Source: Octopus sinensis | Lineage: Eukaryota | Length of the DNA stretch: 64,000 bases | Reading direction: 5' to 3' | NCBI RefSeq assembly: GCF_006345805.1 | Contig: NC_043009.1 | Location: forward strand, 47,616,001-47,680,000 | Part shown: in pieces, positions 62,633 through 64,000 of the stretch | How positions within the stretch are numbered: the stretch's first letter is position 1 | Layout: each line of letters starts with the position of its first letter | The notes under the pieces: generated by a model | Databases searched by the model: none | What the model was told of the DNA's origin: nothing | Seen by the model: the letters and a program-made list of their open reading frames with translations, nothing else | Made by a program: the position numbers and the translations under genes

Positions 62633-63194
62633 TATACTGCTTTAAAAAAGGAAAAAAAGTTGTATATAGTATTACATGATGTATAAAAAAGTCAGGGTGC
62701 TCACAGCTAAAATACTGTTTGATCATAGGATTGCTTGATGAGGGCTGAGCTGGTGTTAAACAGCAATAGTGTATCCAAGAAGAATGACACCTGATTTAAC
62801 TATGATCTATTTTTTTGCTTTAAAGCATTTCAAAACAAGTAAATCTAGAATTGTGTACAATGACCTCGAGATCAGTAAATCTGGTCCTGCCTACAATAAT
62901 ATGTTTTTTGGTTTAACGCTCTGATGATTCTGTTTTCCTGATGAATGACATTATTTATACAAGCATTAATCACAATCATTAGTAATCAGCATTGTCATCA
63001 ATGCAAAAGAAGCAAATACTTGCTACCTTCTTTTGGCCATAGGTTCATTGGAAACTGATTCTAGTATTGATTAGAGCTGGTGCAATTAACATTTTTCTAG
63101 CTAGATACATTATCTAGGATTTACCACAGTGGTAACACATGTGGCTGGAGAAATGATAATAAGAATGAATATGAACAGAGAAGAGAGAACTAAG

Positions 63195-63398
63195 GCGGAG
63201 GTGTGGCTGTGTGGTAAGAAGCTTGCTTCTCAACCACATGGTTCCAGGTTCAGTCCCACTGCATGGCACCTTGGGCAAGTGCCTTCTACTATAGCCTCAG
63301 CCTGACGAAAAGCCTAGTAAGTGGATTTGGTAAACAGAAACTGAAAGAAGCCCATCATGTGTGTATGTGTATATATATATATATACATATATATATAC

Positions 63399-63447
<49 letters not shown>

Positions 63448-63628
63448 ATATATATAAGAGAAAAGAATCTATCAGAAAGGAACTCTATCTCTCTTAAAAA
63501 AATATCTTTTGATAAGCATAACAAATGCGCAACCGGTAAAAAGAACTTTCACCTAATTAAATACACTCTCCCTTACTTAAATTATTTTGTCAGCATTTTC
63601 TTCATTTCCTTTTTATATATATATATAA

Positions 63629-63680
<52 letters not shown>

Positions 63681-63890
63681 TTTTGTGTTTGTGTTTGTCC
63701 CCCCATCACTATTTGACAACTGGTGTTGTTGTGTTTGCATCCTCATAACTTAGCGGCTCAGCAAAAGACATTGATAGAATAAGTACTAGGCTTAAGAAAT
63801 AAGTCCTGGGGTTGATTTGTTCGACTAAAAACCCTTCAAGACAGTGCTCCAGAATGGCTGCAGCCAAATGAGTGAAGCAGGTAAAAGAAT
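63195..63890 (+). mobile_element. SINE A split by about 200 bp of unrelated sequence in its microsatellite core
   Basis: Head 63195-63360, tail 63680-63890. Confidence 0.8.
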
Positions 63891-64000
63891 ACCTACAAAC
63901 AAACAAAAGAAAATGTCCAGTGGACTACAATGAGTTTTACATGTTTTAAGTTATGACTTCAGATAGGAAGAAGCAATCAAAAGCAATATAAAGACAGACA

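Overview
AT-rich, repeat-dense animal genomic DNA. The SINE, MITE and microsatellite complement looks like Octopus (inference from repeat consensus motifs). Most of the window is intron-like and filled with three tRNA-headed SINE families (A, B and C, my labels), RTE-tailed repeats, four mariner relics, hAT and TTAA MITEs, CR1/RTE/Dong-R4 LINE tails and a decayed Gypsy element. The dominant element is a near-complete, GC-rich Tx1-clade (L1 superfamily) LINE at about 24.8-30.4 kb on the minus strand: ORF1 has a CCHC knuckle, ORF2 has APE-RT-zinc finger, and it is broken only by small frameshifting indels. Best leads: (1) this LINE shares its 3' tail and its (TTA)n insertion polarity with abundant SINE family B, suggesting a microsatellite-targeting Tx1/SINE partnership that uses the same (TAA)n tracts as Dong/R4 tails in opposite orientation; (2) a 470-bp palindrome at 54.9-55.3 kb with a hammerhead-ribozyme-like core in each arm; (3) a 6 x 99-bp array that multiplies a splice donor into five phase-compatible pseudo-exons separated by 38-nt spacers; (4) a mariner made of two left ends. 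Short candidate exons form phase-compatible chains on both strands, but I cannot name a host gene. Almost all short ORFs in the supplied track are microsatellite or repeat artefacts. Repeat boundaries are approximate unless a TSD or TIR is quoted.
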